DNA from: Bdellovibrionales bacterium RIFOXYD12_FULL_39_22
Lineage (GTDB): Bacteria > Bdellovibrionota > Bacteriovoracia > Bacteriovoracales > Bacteriovoracaceae
Assembly: GCA_001770205.1 (NCBI GenBank)
Contig: MEQL01000048.1
Span: forward strand, 1 to 64,000
Direction of reading: 5' to 3'
Length of the DNA stretch: 64,000 nucleotides
A program made the translations under genes and the position numbers. The notes under the pieces are model-generated. The model was not told the DNA's origin. It saw only the letters and a program-made list of their open reading frames with translations, and did no database searches. This document shows positions 9,090 through 20,585 of this stretch, in pieces. Within the stretch, counting starts at the first letter, position 1. Every line of letters begins with the position of its first letter.

Positions 9090-11519
9090 TTAGTGATTGG
9101 CCACCTCTAATTTGCCATTAGAGACTTCCTCGCCACCATTTACAACCTTGAGCCCTACCATTTTCATAAATGTCTCTGGCCGGGCAATTTCAAGGGCAAT
9201 TCGCAACACCTCTTCGGCGTCCGTTACGGGAATAATTTCTAGATTATCCTTGATGTGATCTGGGATCTCTTGAAGATCCTTCTCGTTTTTCTTAGGAATA
9301 ATAACTTTTTTCATCCCATACTGTTTTGCCGCCAAAAGCTTTTCCTTCAATCCACCGATAGGTAAAACCCGGCCACGAATAGTTACCTCGCCAGTCATAG
9401 CAACATTTTGCCAAACTTTGATTCCAGCAATAGCAGAGGTTAGGGCGGTCATCATGGTAATTCCTGCGGAAGGGCCATCTTTAGGGGTGGCCCCCTCTGG
9501 AACGTGAATATGAATATCGTGCTTATTGTACCAGTCAGCAATCACACCCAACTTATCACTGATAGAGCGGACATAACTAAGTGCCGCTTTGGCGGACTCC
9601 TGCATTACTTCTCCGAGCTTTCCTGTTATAGAAAGCTTTCCAGTTCCCTCATGCGTTACAACTTCAATATTTAAAACCTCACCGCCAACTGCGGTCCAGG
9701 CGAGGCCATTGACCAGACCCAATTGTGGCTCGATCTCCAGGTCAGTACGATCAAATTTGCATGGCCCCAGAAAATGCTTTAGTTGCGAAATAGAAATATT
9801 GAACTTCTTTCCTTTGGCAATTTGCTTATCTACTACATTGGTAGCAGTTTTCCGAGCAATAGTATTCATCATTCGCTCTAGCTCGCGCACCCCAGCCTCT
9901 CTCGTGTACTGGTCAATAATAGCAGCAATAGTGCTGTCACTAATCTTGAAAATATAATCGTCTAATCCATTATTCCTTATCGCTTTACTTAGAAGATACT
10001 GTTTGCCAATTTGCAATTTTTCGTCTGGTGTATAACCTGGGATAGTAATTATTTCCATCCTATCCTTCAACGGTCCAGGGATCTTACTAACATCATTGGC
10101 CGTCATTACAAACATAACCTTCGATAAGTCGTATTCAACTTCAATGTAGTGGTCGGCAAAATTTTTATTTTGTTCAGGATCCAACACCTCCAACATCGCA
10201 CTGGCCGGATCTCCCCGCATATCGCTACTCATCTTATCGATCTCATCCAGCAGAATTAGCGGATTACCAGTCTTGGCCTTTTTCAATGCCTGAATAATTT
10301 TTCCTGGCATTGCCCCAACATAAGTTCGACGGTGGCCACGAATTTCGGCCTCATCCCGCACCCCGCCTAACGAGATTCTCACAAAGCTACGTCCCAATGC
10401 TTCGGCCAACGAAGTTCCGATGGAAGTTTTTCCTACTCCCGGAGGGCCGGCCAAGCAAAGAATAGTTCCTTTGCTTTTATCTTTTACTAACGTGCGTACT
10501 GCTAAATATTCGATGATTCTATCCTTAACGTCTTTTAATCCATAGTGCTGCTCTTCCAAAACTTTTTTGGCCGACTCTAGTGAGTTGTCATCTTTGGTAT
10601 AATCCTGCCAAGGCAGAGAGAGCATCCAATCTATATAATTGCGCACCACTGCTGATTCTGCAGACATTGGAGACATATTTTTTAACTTTCTTATCTCTTT
10701 TCTAACCTTATCAGCGGCCTCTTCCGGCATGGCCTTTGTTTTCAACTTCTCTTCAAACTCTTCCAACTCTCCTTTTCCATCATCTTTTTGGCCGAGTTCT
10801 CGCTGAATAGCATTTATCTGTTCATTCAAATAGTATTCTTTTTGCGACTTTTCCATTTGCGTTTTTACGCGATTTCTAATTTTGCGTTCAACGTTAATTA
10901 TTTCAATCTCTCCTTGCATTTTTTCTAGCAGCAAGTGCAGTCGTTTCTCAACATTATCGGCCTCTAGCACTTCTTGTTTTTCAGGTATCTTCATACTCAT
11001 ATGAGCAACAATTATATCCGCCAACCGGGAAGGATCATTAATTGATGAAATACTCATTAAGAGTTCAGGTGGAATTCTTTTATTTAATTTTACATACTGT
11101 TCAAAGGTAGTTTTTACACTACGAGTAACCGCTTCCAGGGCCACCCCATCCACTTCCCCATCTTTTAGTTCCACTACCTCTGCCCAGTAGCCATCATTGG
11201 ACGATTTGAAGGTGGAAATTTTGGCGCGATACTTTCCTTCAATCAAAACTTTAACGGTGTTATCAGGCAAGCGCAACATCTGGATGATGCTAACCACTGT
11301 TCCAATATCATAAACATCGGTCCGTTCTGGATTTAGAATACTGGCGTCTTTTTGCGTTACAAGAAAAAGTTCGTTGTTTTTACCAACTGATTCTTCCAAG
11401 GCAGCAATAGATTTTTCTCTTCCAACAAAGAGGGGGACCACCATATGAGGGAAAATTATCATGTCTCTCAGCGGGAGCAGTGGTAAATTTAACGTCTTCT
11501 CTTGGTTATTCTCCGACAT
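9090..11519 (-). CDS. lon: ATP-dependent protease La
   Basis: LPLLPLRD N-domain, GPPGVGKT, KDGPSAG catalytic Ser, IGGLKEK. Confidence 0.98.
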   Translation of the reverse strand: MSENNQEKTLNLPLLPLRDMIIFPHMVVPLFVGREKSIAALEESVGKNNELFLVTQKDASILNPERTDVYDIGTVVSIIQMLRLPDNTVKVLIEGKYRAKISTFKSSNDGYWAEVVELKDGEVDGVALEAVTRSVKTTFEQYVKLNKRIPPELLMSISSINDPSRLADIIVAHMSMKIPEKQEVLEADNVEKRLHLLLEKMQGEIEIINVERKIRNRVKTQMEKSQKEYYLNEQINAIQRELGQKDDGKGELEEFEEKLKTKAMPEEAADKVRKEIRKLKNMSPMSAESAVVRNYIDWMLSLPWQDYTKDDNSLESAKKVLEEQHYGLKDVKDRIIEYLAVRTLVKDKSKGTILCLAGPPGVGKTSIGTSLAEALGRSFVRISLGGVRDEAEIRGHRRTYVGAMPGKIIQALKKAKTGNPLILLDEIDKMSSDMRGDPASAMLEVLDPEQNKNFADHYIEVEYDLSKVMFVMTANDVSKIPGPLKDRMEIITIPGYTPDEKLQIGKQYLLSKAIRNNGLDDYIFKISDSTIAAIIDQYTREAGVRELERMMNTIARKTATNVVDKQIAKGKKFNISISQLKHFLGPCKFDRTDLEIEPQLGLVNGLAWTAVGGEVLNIEVVTHEGTGKLSITGKLGEVMQESAKAALSYVRSISDKLGVIADWYNKHDIHIHVPEGATPKDGPSAGITMMTALTSAIAGIKVWQNVAMTGEVTIRGRVLPIGGLKEKLLAAKQYGMKKVIIPKKNEKDLQEIPDHIKDNLEIIPVTDAEEVLRIALEIARPETFMKMVGLKVVNGGEEVSNGKLEVANH

Positions 11520-11629
11520 AGCACCTCCTGTACTATTTATTCATGTCGAGTCTTTTTTCGAGTCCTTCATAACTCTACTTTTAGTTCCCAATCACTGATA
11601 TTATTTTCTCTTAATTTGAAATGGCGGTC

Positions 11630-11657
11630 AAAAAAAAGGCAGCGGCCAATATTGCCT
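11630..11657 (-). terminator. Possible intrinsic terminator between clpX and lon
   Basis: AGGCA-N11-TGCCT followed by a T run on the minus strand; short stem. Confidence 0.35.
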
Positions 11658-11766
11658 ACGCACCTTTTGTTTGTTTTTTTTACATATAACCAGCTAAAAA
11701 CACAGCGTTTAATATGATTTGTTTATTGTTCTGGAGTGGAATGTTTTCTAAAAAAAACTGTCAACG

Positions 11767-13107
11767 CTAGGCCGACTCCGCCTTTCCCTTCGAAAATGAG
11801 TTTATTTTGGTTTTGCTTTTTATAATTTTAGGGCCCTCTAGTAAATGTGGAGTCCCTTTTCCCATTATAGAATCCGCAGTGATGATGACCTTATTAACTT
11901 TATCATTGGAAGGAATATCATACATAACATCTAACATGGTCTGTTCTAAAATAGCACGTAAACCACGGGCACCTGTCTTCTTTTCTTTGGCAATTCTGGC
12001 CACTTCGACCAAGGCCGCCCGATCAAATTCCAACTCAATTCCTTCAAACTCAAATAGCTTTTGATATTGCTTTACAATAGCATTCTTAGGTTCTTGTAAA
12101 ATTTTAAGCAAAGCATCTTGATCTAATTCTTCCAACATCGCACTCACCGGAAGACGGCCAATAAACTCGGGGATAAGTCCGAATTTAATTAAATCCTCCG
12201 GCTCAATTCCTCCTAACTTCTCTATTTGCGATTTTTCAGAATTGGGGTCTTCTGCAATTAGTCCCATCGGCCGCTTCGTCATGCGCTTTTCGATTATTTT
12301 ATCAAGGCCTACGAAGGCACCAGCACAAATAAAAAGAATATTTTTAGTATTAACTTGTAAAAACTCCTGCTGGGGATGTTTTCTGCCTCCTTTAGGAGGA
12401 ACAGAGGCAATTGTTCCCTCAATAATCTTCAATAGGGCCTGTTGCACTCCTTCCCCTGAAACATCTCGAGTGATCGAAGCATTTTCCGATTTTTTGGCAA
12501 TCTTATCAATCTCATCAATGTAAACAATGCCGCGTTCTGCTCGTTGAATATCGAAATCACAATTCTGCAAAAGATTTAAAATAATATTTTCAACATCCTC
12601 TCCCACATAACCTGCCTCCGTTAACGCGGTGGCATCCGCAATTGCGAATGGAACATTTAAATATTTTGCCAAAGACTGCGCAATTAGAGTCTTTCCACTT
12701 CCAGTCGGCCCGGCCAACAAAATATTTGACTTAGAGAGCTCAACCTCTCCATGATTTTTTATCCCACTCAAACTCTGTTCATGATGAATTCGCTTATAAT
12801 GGTTATGTACGGCCACTGCAATTATTTTCTTCGCGCGATCTTGTCCAATAACGTAACTATCTAGGTGTTCCTTTATTTCGTTCGGCCTTGGCACATTATC
12901 AAATCCGCTTTTATTGGCAACTTTGACTGAATCCTCATAGATAATATCATTACAAAGTTCAATGCATTCATCACAAATATAACAACCAGGTCCGGCAATT
13001 AATTTTTTTACTTCGCGCTGCGACTTTCCGCAAAAATTACAGTGCAACGTATTGCCATATGTTCCCTTGCTACCCAAATTGTTATTATTATTGTTGTTAT
13101 CTTTCAC
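11767..13107 (-). CDS. clpX: ATP-dependent Clp protease ATP-binding subunit
   Basis: C4 zinc finger CNFC...[39 protein letters not shown]. Confidence 0.98.
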   Translation of the reverse strand: MKDNNNNNNNLGSKGTYGNTLHCNFCGKSQREVKKLIAGPGCYICDECIELCNDIIYEDSVKVANKSGFDNVPRPNEIKEHLDSYVIGQDRAKKIIAVAVHNHYKRIHHEQSLSGIKNHGEVELSKSNILLAGPTGSGKTLIAQSLAKYLNVPFAIADATALTEAGYVGEDVENIILNLLQNCDFDIQRAERGIVYIDEIDKIAKKSENASITRDVSGEGVQQALLKIIEGTIASVPPKGGRKHPQQEFLQVNTKNILFICAGAFVGLDKIIEKRMTKRPMGLIAEDPNSEKSQIEKLGGIEPEDLIKFGLIPEFIGRLPVSAMLEELDQDALLKILQEPKNAIVKQYQKLFEFEGIELEFDRAALVEVARIAKEKKTGARGLRAILEQTMLDVMYDIPSNDKVNKVIITADSIMGKGTPHLLEGPKIIKSKTKINSFSKGKAESA

Positions 13108-13175
13108 GTCTCCAACCCCTTCTGTTGCATTGCAACCATTTAAAATTATGGCGGCATAACCGTTTTGTCACTGAT

Positions 13176-13790
13176 TTATTTTCCTTTGATTTTATTCTTA
13201 GGTTCTATAATTGCGTCAATAAGTCCCATTTCACGGGCCTTTGCTGGAGATAGATAATTATCTCTATCAGTCTCCTTCTCTACTCGCTCATAGCTCATGC
13301 CAGTATGTTTGCAATAGATGTTGTTCAACTGTTTTTTCAAGTCCTGAATTTCATTGGCCTGAATCTGGATATCAGAGGCCTGCCCTTGGGCCCCACCCAA
13401 TGGTTGATGTATCATAATTCTACTATGAGGAAGAGCATAACGATGTCCACCATCTCCGGCAGATAGAAGTAACGAGCCCATCGAAGCTGCCATTCCAACG
13501 CAATAAGTATAAACGGGACAACTTATATGCTGCATCAAATCGTATATACCAAGGCCCGCATAAACGGAACCTCCCGGACTATTTATATAGAAGTTGATTG
13601 GGGCCTCTCTGTCAGAGGTCTCCAAAAACATCATTTGAGCGATGATTAAATTTGCCACCACATCGTTCACCTGCGTTCCTAAAAATACAATCCGATCTAG
13701 CAACAACCTAGAATATATATCGTACTGACGCTCTCCCCTACCAGTTTGTTCGATAACTATGGGATTGGGGATATATAGTTTTGGATCCAT
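13176..13790 (-). CDS. clpP: ATP-dependent Clp protease proteolytic subunit
   Basis: DIYSRLL, YINSPGG, AASMG, IMIHQP, DRD. Confidence 0.98.
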   Translation of the reverse strand: MDPKLYIPNPIVIEQTGRGERQYDIYSRLLLDRIVFLGTQVNDVVANLIIAQMMFLETSDREAPINFYINSPGGSVYAGLGIYDLMQHISCPVYTYCVGMAASMGSLLLSAGDGGHRYALPHSRIMIHQPLGGAQGQASDIQIQANEIQDLKKQLNNIYCKHTGMSYERVEKETDRDNYLSPAKAREMGLIDAIIEPKNKIKGK

Positions 13791-14129
13791 AAAAAATCTC
13801 CTCTGCTTTTGTGGTTACAAGGCCAAAATAAAATTTTTCTAAGTATAAACTTTACAAGGTCTTTCGTAATAAATGGCGCTATTCTTTAGATAATAACTGG
13901 TGATTGAAGTTAATTTTTTCCAAAGAAGCTATTTGCCATAATTTGCTATAATTTGCCATAAATGGAGGATGTTTGATTAGAGATAAATACCCAACAAATT
14001 TAATGCATCTTTGCACGTGACCTCTCTTTTATATCAAGTAAAAAATTCACATCCGTTGTCATTTAATCTCGCTCGTAAGATAAAGGCCGGCACTAAAATT
14101 ATTAACCAAATTTAAACCGTGGAACTTGT

Positions 14130-14483
14130 GTGAAAAAAATTGGCAGCAGTAACGAAAAGAAAAATGATGTAAGCAACGAAGTAAATGAAGTAGTAAAAAT
14201 TGGTGAGTGGAAAGAAAAACATGCTGAACAAGTAGAAAAAAAATCGCTAGAGAAATATCTAAAAGTTCTAAGCTTCAATGGATTAATTAGTGAATCTAGA
14301 GAGCTTCTTGATCATTTATCGCTAAGTGGCCCAACTCCTGGCCTCACTTTGCGCTTCAAAACTTTAGTCAAAGAATTTTCGTCTCGCTTAGAAAAAGAGG
14401 CCCCCAATCTCTCGCGCTCTCTCTTGGCAGGCCATGAGATTACTGAGAAAAAACTGAAAGCATATCGCAATAAAACTGTATAA
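14130..14483 (+). CDS. Hypothetical protein
   Basis: 117-aa helical ORF convergent with phoH-like gene; no motif recognised. Confidence 0.55.
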   Translation: MKKIGSSNEKKNDVSNEVNEVVKIGEWKEKHAEQVEKKSLEKYLKVLSFNGLISESRELLDHLSLSGPTPGLTLRFKTLVKEFSSRLEKEAPNLSRSLLAGHEITEKKLKAYRNKTV

Positions 14484-14491
14484 TAAAAACC

Positions 14492-15814
14492 CTATAGATT
14501 TTTGGAAGCTATTTCCGATAACTCAGAACGCTCACCTACCGTCAACGTGATGTGTGCCACAATTCGTTCTTGTTTCAAACGCTCCACGCAGTAGGCAAGT
14601 CCGTTGTTCACGGAATCTAAATAGGGACTATCAATCTGTTCACAATCTCCCGTTAAAATAATCTTTGTTCCTTCCCCAGCTCTGGTAATAATGGTTTTAA
14701 CTTCATGAGGAGATAAATTTTGTGCTTCATCCACGATTAGATATTGTCCAGGAATGGTACGGCCTCGAATATAAGTTAGTGGCTCAACATAAAGAAGTCC
14801 TTGCGTAATCAATTCATCCCACGTAGTAGCACCTTCTCCTAGTTGCTTGCCAAAAAGAAAATCTAGATTATCAAAAACTGGTTGCATCCAGGGGGCCAAC
14901 TTTTCATTGACATCACCTGGCAAATATCCCAAATCTTTTCCCATGGGTTGCACAGGACGAGAAACTAAAAGTCTGGAATATTTTTCTTGGGTAATTGTTA
15001 AATCTAATCCAGCGGCAATGGCCAACAGGGTTTTTCCAGTTCCCGCTTTTCCGACCAAAGAAACTAACTTCACTTCATTGTTCAATAACGCATCAAAGGC
15101 AAACTGCTGTTCAACATTTTTTGGATAAATCCCCCAAACCCCTTCTCGTGGTTTTATAAGCGGAACAATTCCACGTTTTTCTTCTGAATAACGGCCAAGC
15201 AATCTATGACTCTCATTATTTATTTCACAGACAATCATATATTCATTGGCGTATAGCTCTTCTAGTTCATTATCTTCTACTTGCAAAAAACGCTCTTGTT
15301 CAAATTTTTTTAAGCGATCAATGGAAACACTAAATAATTTATTGCCTGTATACAACTCATCAATGGTGGCATCTCGTTTACCAAAATCTTCCGCAATCAG
15401 TCCCAGCACATCTGCCTTCAAGCGCAAATTAATATCCTTAGACACTAGCACCACATGCTTATCTTTTTGCTTGTGATGAAGGGCAGTTGCCAAAATCATA
15501 TTGTCATTAATGGAAAGATCTAACGCCTTTATCGGCGACTTGATGTTTTGATCAACCTCAATTATTAAAATCCCTCCGCTCTCTAAGGGGACTCCTTTTG
15601 ACAACGATCCTTGCTTCCGCAAATCATCTACAATACGCGAAAAATTTCTGGCATTGCGGCCATTTTCATTTTGATCTTTCTTAAAACGATCTAGCTCTTC
15701 GACGCAAACAAAGGGTATTATCACAATGTTTTTTTTGAATTTAAAAATCGACAGAGGATCAAATAGCAACACATTAGTATCAAGTACAAAAATTTTTTTA
15801 GCTGAATCACCCAT
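14492..15814 (-). CDS. PIN-domain PhoH-family ATPase (YlaK/PhoH2-like)
   Basis: VLDTNVLL PIN motif, GKAGTGKT, LGYLPG, YIRGRT, DEAQN, TRAGEG. Confidence 0.93.
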   Translation of the reverse strand: MGDSAKKIFVLDTNVLLFDPLSIFKFKKNIVIIPFVCVEELDRFKKDQNENGRNARNFSRIVDDLRKQGSLSKGVPLESGGILIIEVDQNIKSPIKALDLSINDNMILATALHHKQKDKHVVLVSKDINLRLKADVLGLIAEDFGKRDATIDELYTGNKLFSVSIDRLKKFEQERFLQVEDNELEELYANEYMIVCEINNESHRLLGRYSEEKRGIVPLIKPREGVWGIYPKNVEQQFAFDALLNNEVKLVSLVGKAGTGKTLLAIAAGLDLTITQEKYSRLLVSRPVQPMGKDLGYLPGDVNEKLAPWMQPVFDNLDFLFGKQLGEGATTWDELITQGLLYVEPLTYIRGRTIPGQYLIVDEAQNLSPHEVKTIITRAGEGTKIILTGDCEQIDSPYLDSVNNGLAYCVERLKQERIVAHITLTVGERSELSEIASKNL

Positions 15815-15835
15815 AATAGTTTACCTACTCCCGCC

Positions 15836-16999
15836 TCATCCTTTAAATGAGAAATCTAACAAGCTAATATATATAACTGCCCTACTGGCATCTTCTTCTC
15901 CGTAATTCGTTCCAACTTCTACTCCATAAAGCCCCAGCATAATAGTAACTGGCCAAACTTTAATAGACACTCCGTAGCTCAAATACCCCTCACTCACTCC
16001 TCCAAAACAACGAAGAAGTGGCAATCCAATATCTAGTCCAATATGTACTTTACGCATTAAATCCATTGTTTGCAAAATAGGTCTAACATCCAAAGAAAGT
16101 GTATAATCAATAATTTTAAAATTTTGTTTCCAAGAAACACCCGCCGACATAATCATTGGTAGCGAAGGAACCTCTGTCCCCTCTGTTACTTTAAATTCCG
16201 TGTCAGAGATATCTAGCAACGAAATGGCCCCGGCCAATTGGTACCAATTAGCACTAATAACGTGCTCTACACCAGCATCCCATCCCCAGGCCTCACCTTT
16301 AGAATATCCTAGATTTTCTCGAATATTGGTAATTCCTCCCTCTCCATTCATTATCGCATTATAAAGCTTCGGGCCAAAAACCGGAAAGTCCTCTTGCAAG
16401 GCCTGTCTATTCAACTTTTTTACTGCCACCCCAACGGAAGTGCGATGGCCGGTAGTGCGACTACCATCTTTTTGTCTAACTCCCCCTGTACCAAAACTAT
16501 GCGCATACCCCATGATAAAACCACGATCCTGATGATAATCAATGGCCATAGTGGGATGAGTGGCATTTTGCGTCATCATATTAAGATGTAAATTATAAAA
16601 AAATCCCAAAGCAAAAGGGCCAAATTTTAGGGCCGGGGCCGCCCCGACATGAAGGTATAAAGGAATTCCCATAGCACTTTCCACCATACCTTCGGGAGTA
16701 TCCGGCAATGAAGTAAAACTATCCAGATGGGCCAGTGGATTAGTTAACCCGATACTAGGATTGATTGGGTAAAGGCCAATTCCAGCAAGCCCGTTACGCC
16801 CCAGTGCGGCCGGATTATAAAAAAGAGTATACGCATCATCCGCAACTGCCGTATACGCATCTCCTGAAAGTAAGGCCCGAGTACTTCGCATCAAATAGGT
16901 CACCTCTTCGCCAATGGCCATCGACACTACTAGTGAAAGTAAAAAAAACCTTGGTAACACATTTAGAATATTTAAAATAATAGTCGATTTTGTTTTCAT
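15836..16999 (-). CDS. Putative outer-membrane beta-barrel (TraF/PorV/FadL-like N-terminal plug)
   Basis: Signal peptide, GDAYTAVADD...LFYNPAAL motif, alternating beta strands, C-terminal LLDFSFKG. Confidence 0.6.
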   Translation of the reverse strand: MKTKSTIILNILNVLPRFFLLSLVVSMAIGEEVTYLMRSTRALLSGDAYTAVADDAYTLFYNPAALGRNGLAGIGLYPINPSIGLTNPLAHLDSFTSLPDTPEGMVESAMGIPLYLHVGAAPALKFGPFALGFFYNLHLNMMTQNATHPTMAIDYHQDRGFIMGYAHSFGTGGVRQKDGSRTTGHRTSVGVAVKKLNRQALQEDFPVFGPKLYNAIMNGEGGITNIRENLGYSKGEAWGWDAGVEHVISANWYQLAGAISLLDISDTEFKVTEGTEVPSLPMIMSAGVSWKQNFKIIDYTLSLDVRPILQTMDLMRKVHIGLDIGLPLLRCFGGVSEGYLSYGVSIKVWPVTIMLGLYGVEVGTNYGEEDASRAVIYISLLDFSFKG

Positions 17000-18036
17000 C
17001 TAAATAATACCTCCATCCGAAAAAGGAAGTAGGCCTGAAGCTCCTCTGGAATTACCGTCGGATTATCTGCGTCATAGTAAAGTTCCATACATTTCGTCTG
17101 ACTCATTGTTGAATTAATCTCCGCCATATCTGGATCAGTTACAACATTAAGTACGGCGTCAATAACAGACGAGAGAGCGGCCAGAGAATCCATCGAATCA
17201 CCCATAAAATATGTAACAATTTTTTCATAGAGATCTAGAAAGACGTTTAATAGCACAACCCCCTGACAAGCACGCGCCACAGTGGTTAAGCGAGCATGTC
17301 CAGTAGCAATCCCGTCACAACTACCAATTTGAGAAGCAGCGTTGAGGGCCGCTACCGCGGCGGCATAAGTCACATCATTTCCCGTTGGCCCCCCATCGGT
17401 AAAGGTAAAATCAAGTGTCTGAGCAGAACTGTAATCCATAAAACATTTATTACTACTGGCCCCCGCCCCTTTTACTCCGATAGAATCCGCGTTGCCGTAA
17501 TAGCGTGCATAACGGCCAAGCTGTGCCATAACCATCAAAAATAACTGAGTCTCAATATCTTTTAAATCCTCTGTCGAAAAATTCTCGGCCCTCCTTTCAG
17601 TAGTAGGATCTTTAGTACGAGAAATTCCTCCCGCATACAACAGCGTATTTATGGCAACTTGCAAATTATCAAAATCATCATCATCCGGCTCCGTCATATC
17701 TTCCGAGGTAGAAAAAGCGGCCATCGAACTTAAATAATCATCCGGATTAAAAGAGAGTAGATCTTCCGAAAAAAAAGTTAATTCATTAAAAGATGCCTTG
17801 CACGCATAAGCAGAAGCATAGGTGGCCAAAAAATCAGTATCTACATCGCCGTATGGAGCTGCATTCAAAACATCCACCGCATCATCACACTCTCCACTAT
17901 TTAGAAATATTTTTGCAGATACTACCGCATCTCGCCTTTTCTCTGCATCTGTCTGAGCGCAAGAAGAAAACAACAAAGTGAAAATTATGGCGAAAATGCC
18001 AAGAAACATCTGATAAAAAAAACCTTTATTTTTCAT
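16996..18036 (-). CDS. Acidic, Cys-containing lipoprotein
   Basis: Lipobox LLFSSC; TPR-like helical start; ATGA overlap with the barrel gene. Confidence 0.7.
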   Translation of the reverse strand: MKNKGFFYQMFLGIFAIIFTLLFSSCAQTDAEKRRDAVVSAKIFLNSGECDDAVDVLNAAPYGDVDTDFLATYASAYACKASFNELTFFSEDLLSFNPDDYLSSMAAFSTSEDMTEPDDDDFDNLQVAINTLLYAGGISRTKDPTTERRAENFSTEDLKDIETQLFLMVMAQLGRYARYYGNADSIGVKGAGASSNKCFMDYSSAQTLDFTFTDGGPTGNDVTYAAAVAALNAASQIGSCDGIATGHARLTTVARACQGVVLLNVFLDLYEKIVTYFMGDSMDSLAALSSVIDAVLNVVTDPDMAEINSTMSQTKCMELYYDADNPTVIPEELQAYFLFRMEVLFR

Positions 18037-18150
18037 AAAATAATCCGTGCAAACCTGTTGGTAATTTTATGGCATAAAACATTATTAAATTATCCTCTAT
18101 TTTTTGTGAGATATTAAGGAGGAAAATATCGGTAATAAAAAATAAAGCTG

Positions 18151-19383
18151 CTACTTATTGATCAGGTATTGTGACAACTTCTCCATCGCTTCTGCAAAGG
18201 GCCGTTTATCAAGTACATGACTGATCCGGGCAAAATTAGGTAGTCCAAAATCATTTCCTGGAACTATTGCCACTCCATATTTTTCAAGGAGCTCATCACA
18301 AATCTTGTCTCCATAGTCCACTTCTCGTTGATTTTTGTTTTCCTGAACAAACCTCTCAAATACTGGAGTCGCAGAAAGATCTATCATGTAGTAAAAGGCC
18401 GAGTTCGGTTGATACCAAATTTTTTCTAAATTATTCGCCTTAAGCGTATCTCTAATCGTATATGAATTTTGGCGTAATAACTCTTTTATTGGCCGCAAAA
18501 ATTGAGAGATCGTATTAAAATCAAAATCCAACAATGCCCGCTGAGTTAAACTATTGGCACAAGAAGTTGTCTGCCCTTGCAAACGAGAAACATAATCTAA
18601 AAAACTTTTAGGCCCTACACAAAAACCAATTCGCAGGCCGGTACTAGCAAAAGATTTAGAAATGCCATCGATAATAATTGTGCGTTTCAGTAATGATGGT
18701 TCAAATTGATAAAAATATCGAGGCCTCGGATCAAAATAGTATAACTCATAATAAATTTCGTCACTGACTATCGTTACATTAGGATATTTCAAAAGCAGTT
18801 GCGCTAAATCTTTCATCCATTCTGCAGAGTAATGAATCCCGGCCGGATTATTGGGACTATTTAAAATAATTGCCTTGGCCCCTTCTTTTAAACGCTTTTC
18901 AATATCTGACATCGAAGGAATAAAGCCATCAATAAGGTTAGACTTAACAACTAGTGGCACGCCTCGAAATAACTGTACGATCACCGGATAAGAAATCCAA
19001 TAGGGTGACAAAATAACCACTTTATCACCTGGATTGATCATGGCCGCAAAAATATTAGTGATCGAATGCTTGGCCCCACTACTTATTACGCAATCAAAAA
19101 TTTCACCGGCCTTTGAAAAATCAATCTCTCTAGTCACTTCAATGTATTTAATTAGTTTGCTTCGCAACTCCGGAAGGCCTGCCGAAGGCCCATACTGAAA
19201 ACTTTTTAAAAAATTTAATTCCACCTTCAAGCTTTCAATAAACTCTTGCGCTGGCTTAATCGGCAATTGTCCGGCGGTTAAGTTATATATTTGCCTGCCT
19301 TCTTCTGCCATTTTTACGGCCTTGGCATTTAGTTTTAGCGTAACACTCTCTGCAACATTTTTGGCCGGAACACTAATCTGCAT
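18151..19383 (-). CDS. Class I/II PLP aminotransferase (aspartate aminotransferase-like)
   Basis: SGAKHS, NSPNNPAG, SDEIY, SKSFASTGLRIG. Confidence 0.92.
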   Translation of the reverse strand: MQISVPAKNVAESVTLKLNAKAVKMAEEGRQIYNLTAGQLPIKPAQEFIESLKVELNFLKSFQYGPSAGLPELRSKLIKYIEVTREIDFSKAGEIFDCVISSGAKHSITNIFAAMINPGDKVVILSPYWISYPVIVQLFRGVPLVVKSNLIDGFIPSMSDIEKRLKEGAKAIILNSPNNPAGIHYSAEWMKDLAQLLLKYPNVTIVSDEIYYELYYFDPRPRYFYQFEPSLLKRTIIIDGISKSFASTGLRIGFCVGPKSFLDYVSRLQGQTTSCANSLTQRALLDFDFNTISQFLRPIKELLRQNSYTIRDTLKANNLEKIWYQPNSAFYYMIDLSATPVFERFVQENKNQREVDYGDKICDELLEKYGVAIVPGNDFGLPNFARISHVLDKRPFAEAMEKLSQYLINK

Positions 19384-19389
19384 ATTTTC

Positions 19390-19893
19390 CTATCCCTCTA
19401 CATTCTGTAGATTATTTTTAACGTAACTAAAAACAACTGGTGGAACAAATTTTTCAATATTACCCTTATGCTTTAAAACCTCTTTGACAAACGAAGAAGA
19501 GATAAAATAATTTTCTCCACTAGTTGCTAAAAAGATCGTTTCTATCTCCGGATAAAGTTTGTTATTCATAGTGGCCATTTGAAATTCTGTCTCAAAATCA
19601 CCTAACGGACGTAGTCCGCGCACCAACATTCCTATTTGATTTTTTTGGGCATATTCAACCACCAGGCCATCCCAAAAATCAACCTTAACTCTCGATTCCT
19701 TGATATACAGCTTTTTTAACATTTCAATTCGTTGATCCTGATTAAACAAAGGCCTCTTGGTGGGTGACAATGCTACCAAAAGAACCAGTTCATCGAAAAT
19801 TTTCAAAGAACGAGTGACAATATCTGCATGGCCATTGGTAAATAGATCAAAAGTTCCCGCATAAACGGCCCTTTTTATCTGCTTCATAATCAT
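19390..19893 (-). CDS. coaD: Phosphopantetheine adenylyltransferase
   Basis: YAGTFDLFTNGH, VRGLR, DFETE, ISSSFVKE. Confidence 0.95.
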   Translation of the reverse strand: MIMKQIKRAVYAGTFDLFTNGHADIVTRSLKIFDELVLLVALSPTKRPLFNQDQRIEMLKKLYIKESRVKVDFWDGLVVEYAQKNQIGMLVRGLRPLGDFETEFQMATMNNKLYPEIETIFLATSGENYFISSSFVKEVLKHKGNIEKFVPPVVFSYVKNNLQNVEG

Positions 19894-19962
19894 TCCTGGT
19901 GATTGATAGTAACAGCTATTATATTACAAGGAATTTCATCTTGTATACACCAGCGGCCCTCT

Positions 19963-20577
19963 TTAGCTAGAAAAATTGGCCAAAAAAATGTAACGATCTC
20001 CACAAGTGATAACCTTTTCCTCTTTTTCTTGCAATCTCCCTATTTTACTTGCCACCTCTCTCTGATTGCTGCTTTCCGCTTCTATCCATAAACGGCCCAA
20101 GAACCAATTCCCATCTAGCATTTGTTCCTCAATCACCTTTTTGTAGAGCTCTGTCATTTTGTAGGGGGGATCAAAAAAAATAATATGATTCTGCTGATCA
20201 ATTACAGAAAGTTTTAGATAAACTTCATCTCGATATTGTGCCAGCCAGCGGACAACCTCACTTTTTACCGCCCAAATTGGCCGCTCTTTTACGGCCACTG
20301 GATACTTAACATTCATCAATTGTACGTTCGCTTGCAGCGTTTTAAATATAGAAAAATCTTTTTCCACTAAAAAGACTCGGGACACTCCTCGAGACCAGGC
20401 CTCTAATCCCATCGTGCCGGCCCCGGCACAAAGGTCTAAAAATATAAAATTTTCTAAATCTTGGTAAGTATCAAATAGCTTTCTTTTTAATACTACGGCC
20501 GTAGGACGCAGAAGATCATTGTCTGCTACCTTAAGAGAACTTCCCTTGGCCATCCCACCTAAAATTTTTACCGACAC
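19963..20577 (-). CDS. rsmD: 16S rRNA m2G966 methyltransferase
   Basis: ILGG..KG, LRPT, DLCAGAG, EAWSRG, DPPY; adjacent to coaD. Confidence 0.88.
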   Translation of the reverse strand: MSVKILGGMAKGSSLKVADNDLLRPTAVVLKRKLFDTYQDLENFIFLDLCAGAGTMGLEAWSRGVSRVFLVEKDFSIFKTLQANVQLMNVKYPVAVKERPIWAVKSEVVRWLAQYRDEVYLKLSVIDQQNHIIFFDPPYKMTELYKKVIEEQMLDGNWFLGRLWIEAESSNQREVASKIGRLQEKEEKVITCGDRYIFLANFSS

Positions 20578-20585
20578 AAAATTTA

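Noticed and set aside
8866..9093. 75-aa plus-strand ORF
   Set aside because: Antisense to tRNA-Cys and its promoter
13078..13100. Poly-Asn at the ClpX N-terminus as a contingency repeat
   Set aside because: Mixed AAT/AAC codons, short, in a variable leader
13791..14129. Trigger factor (tig) upstream of clpP
   Set aside because: Only AT-rich intergenic DNA; absence here is simple synteny variation
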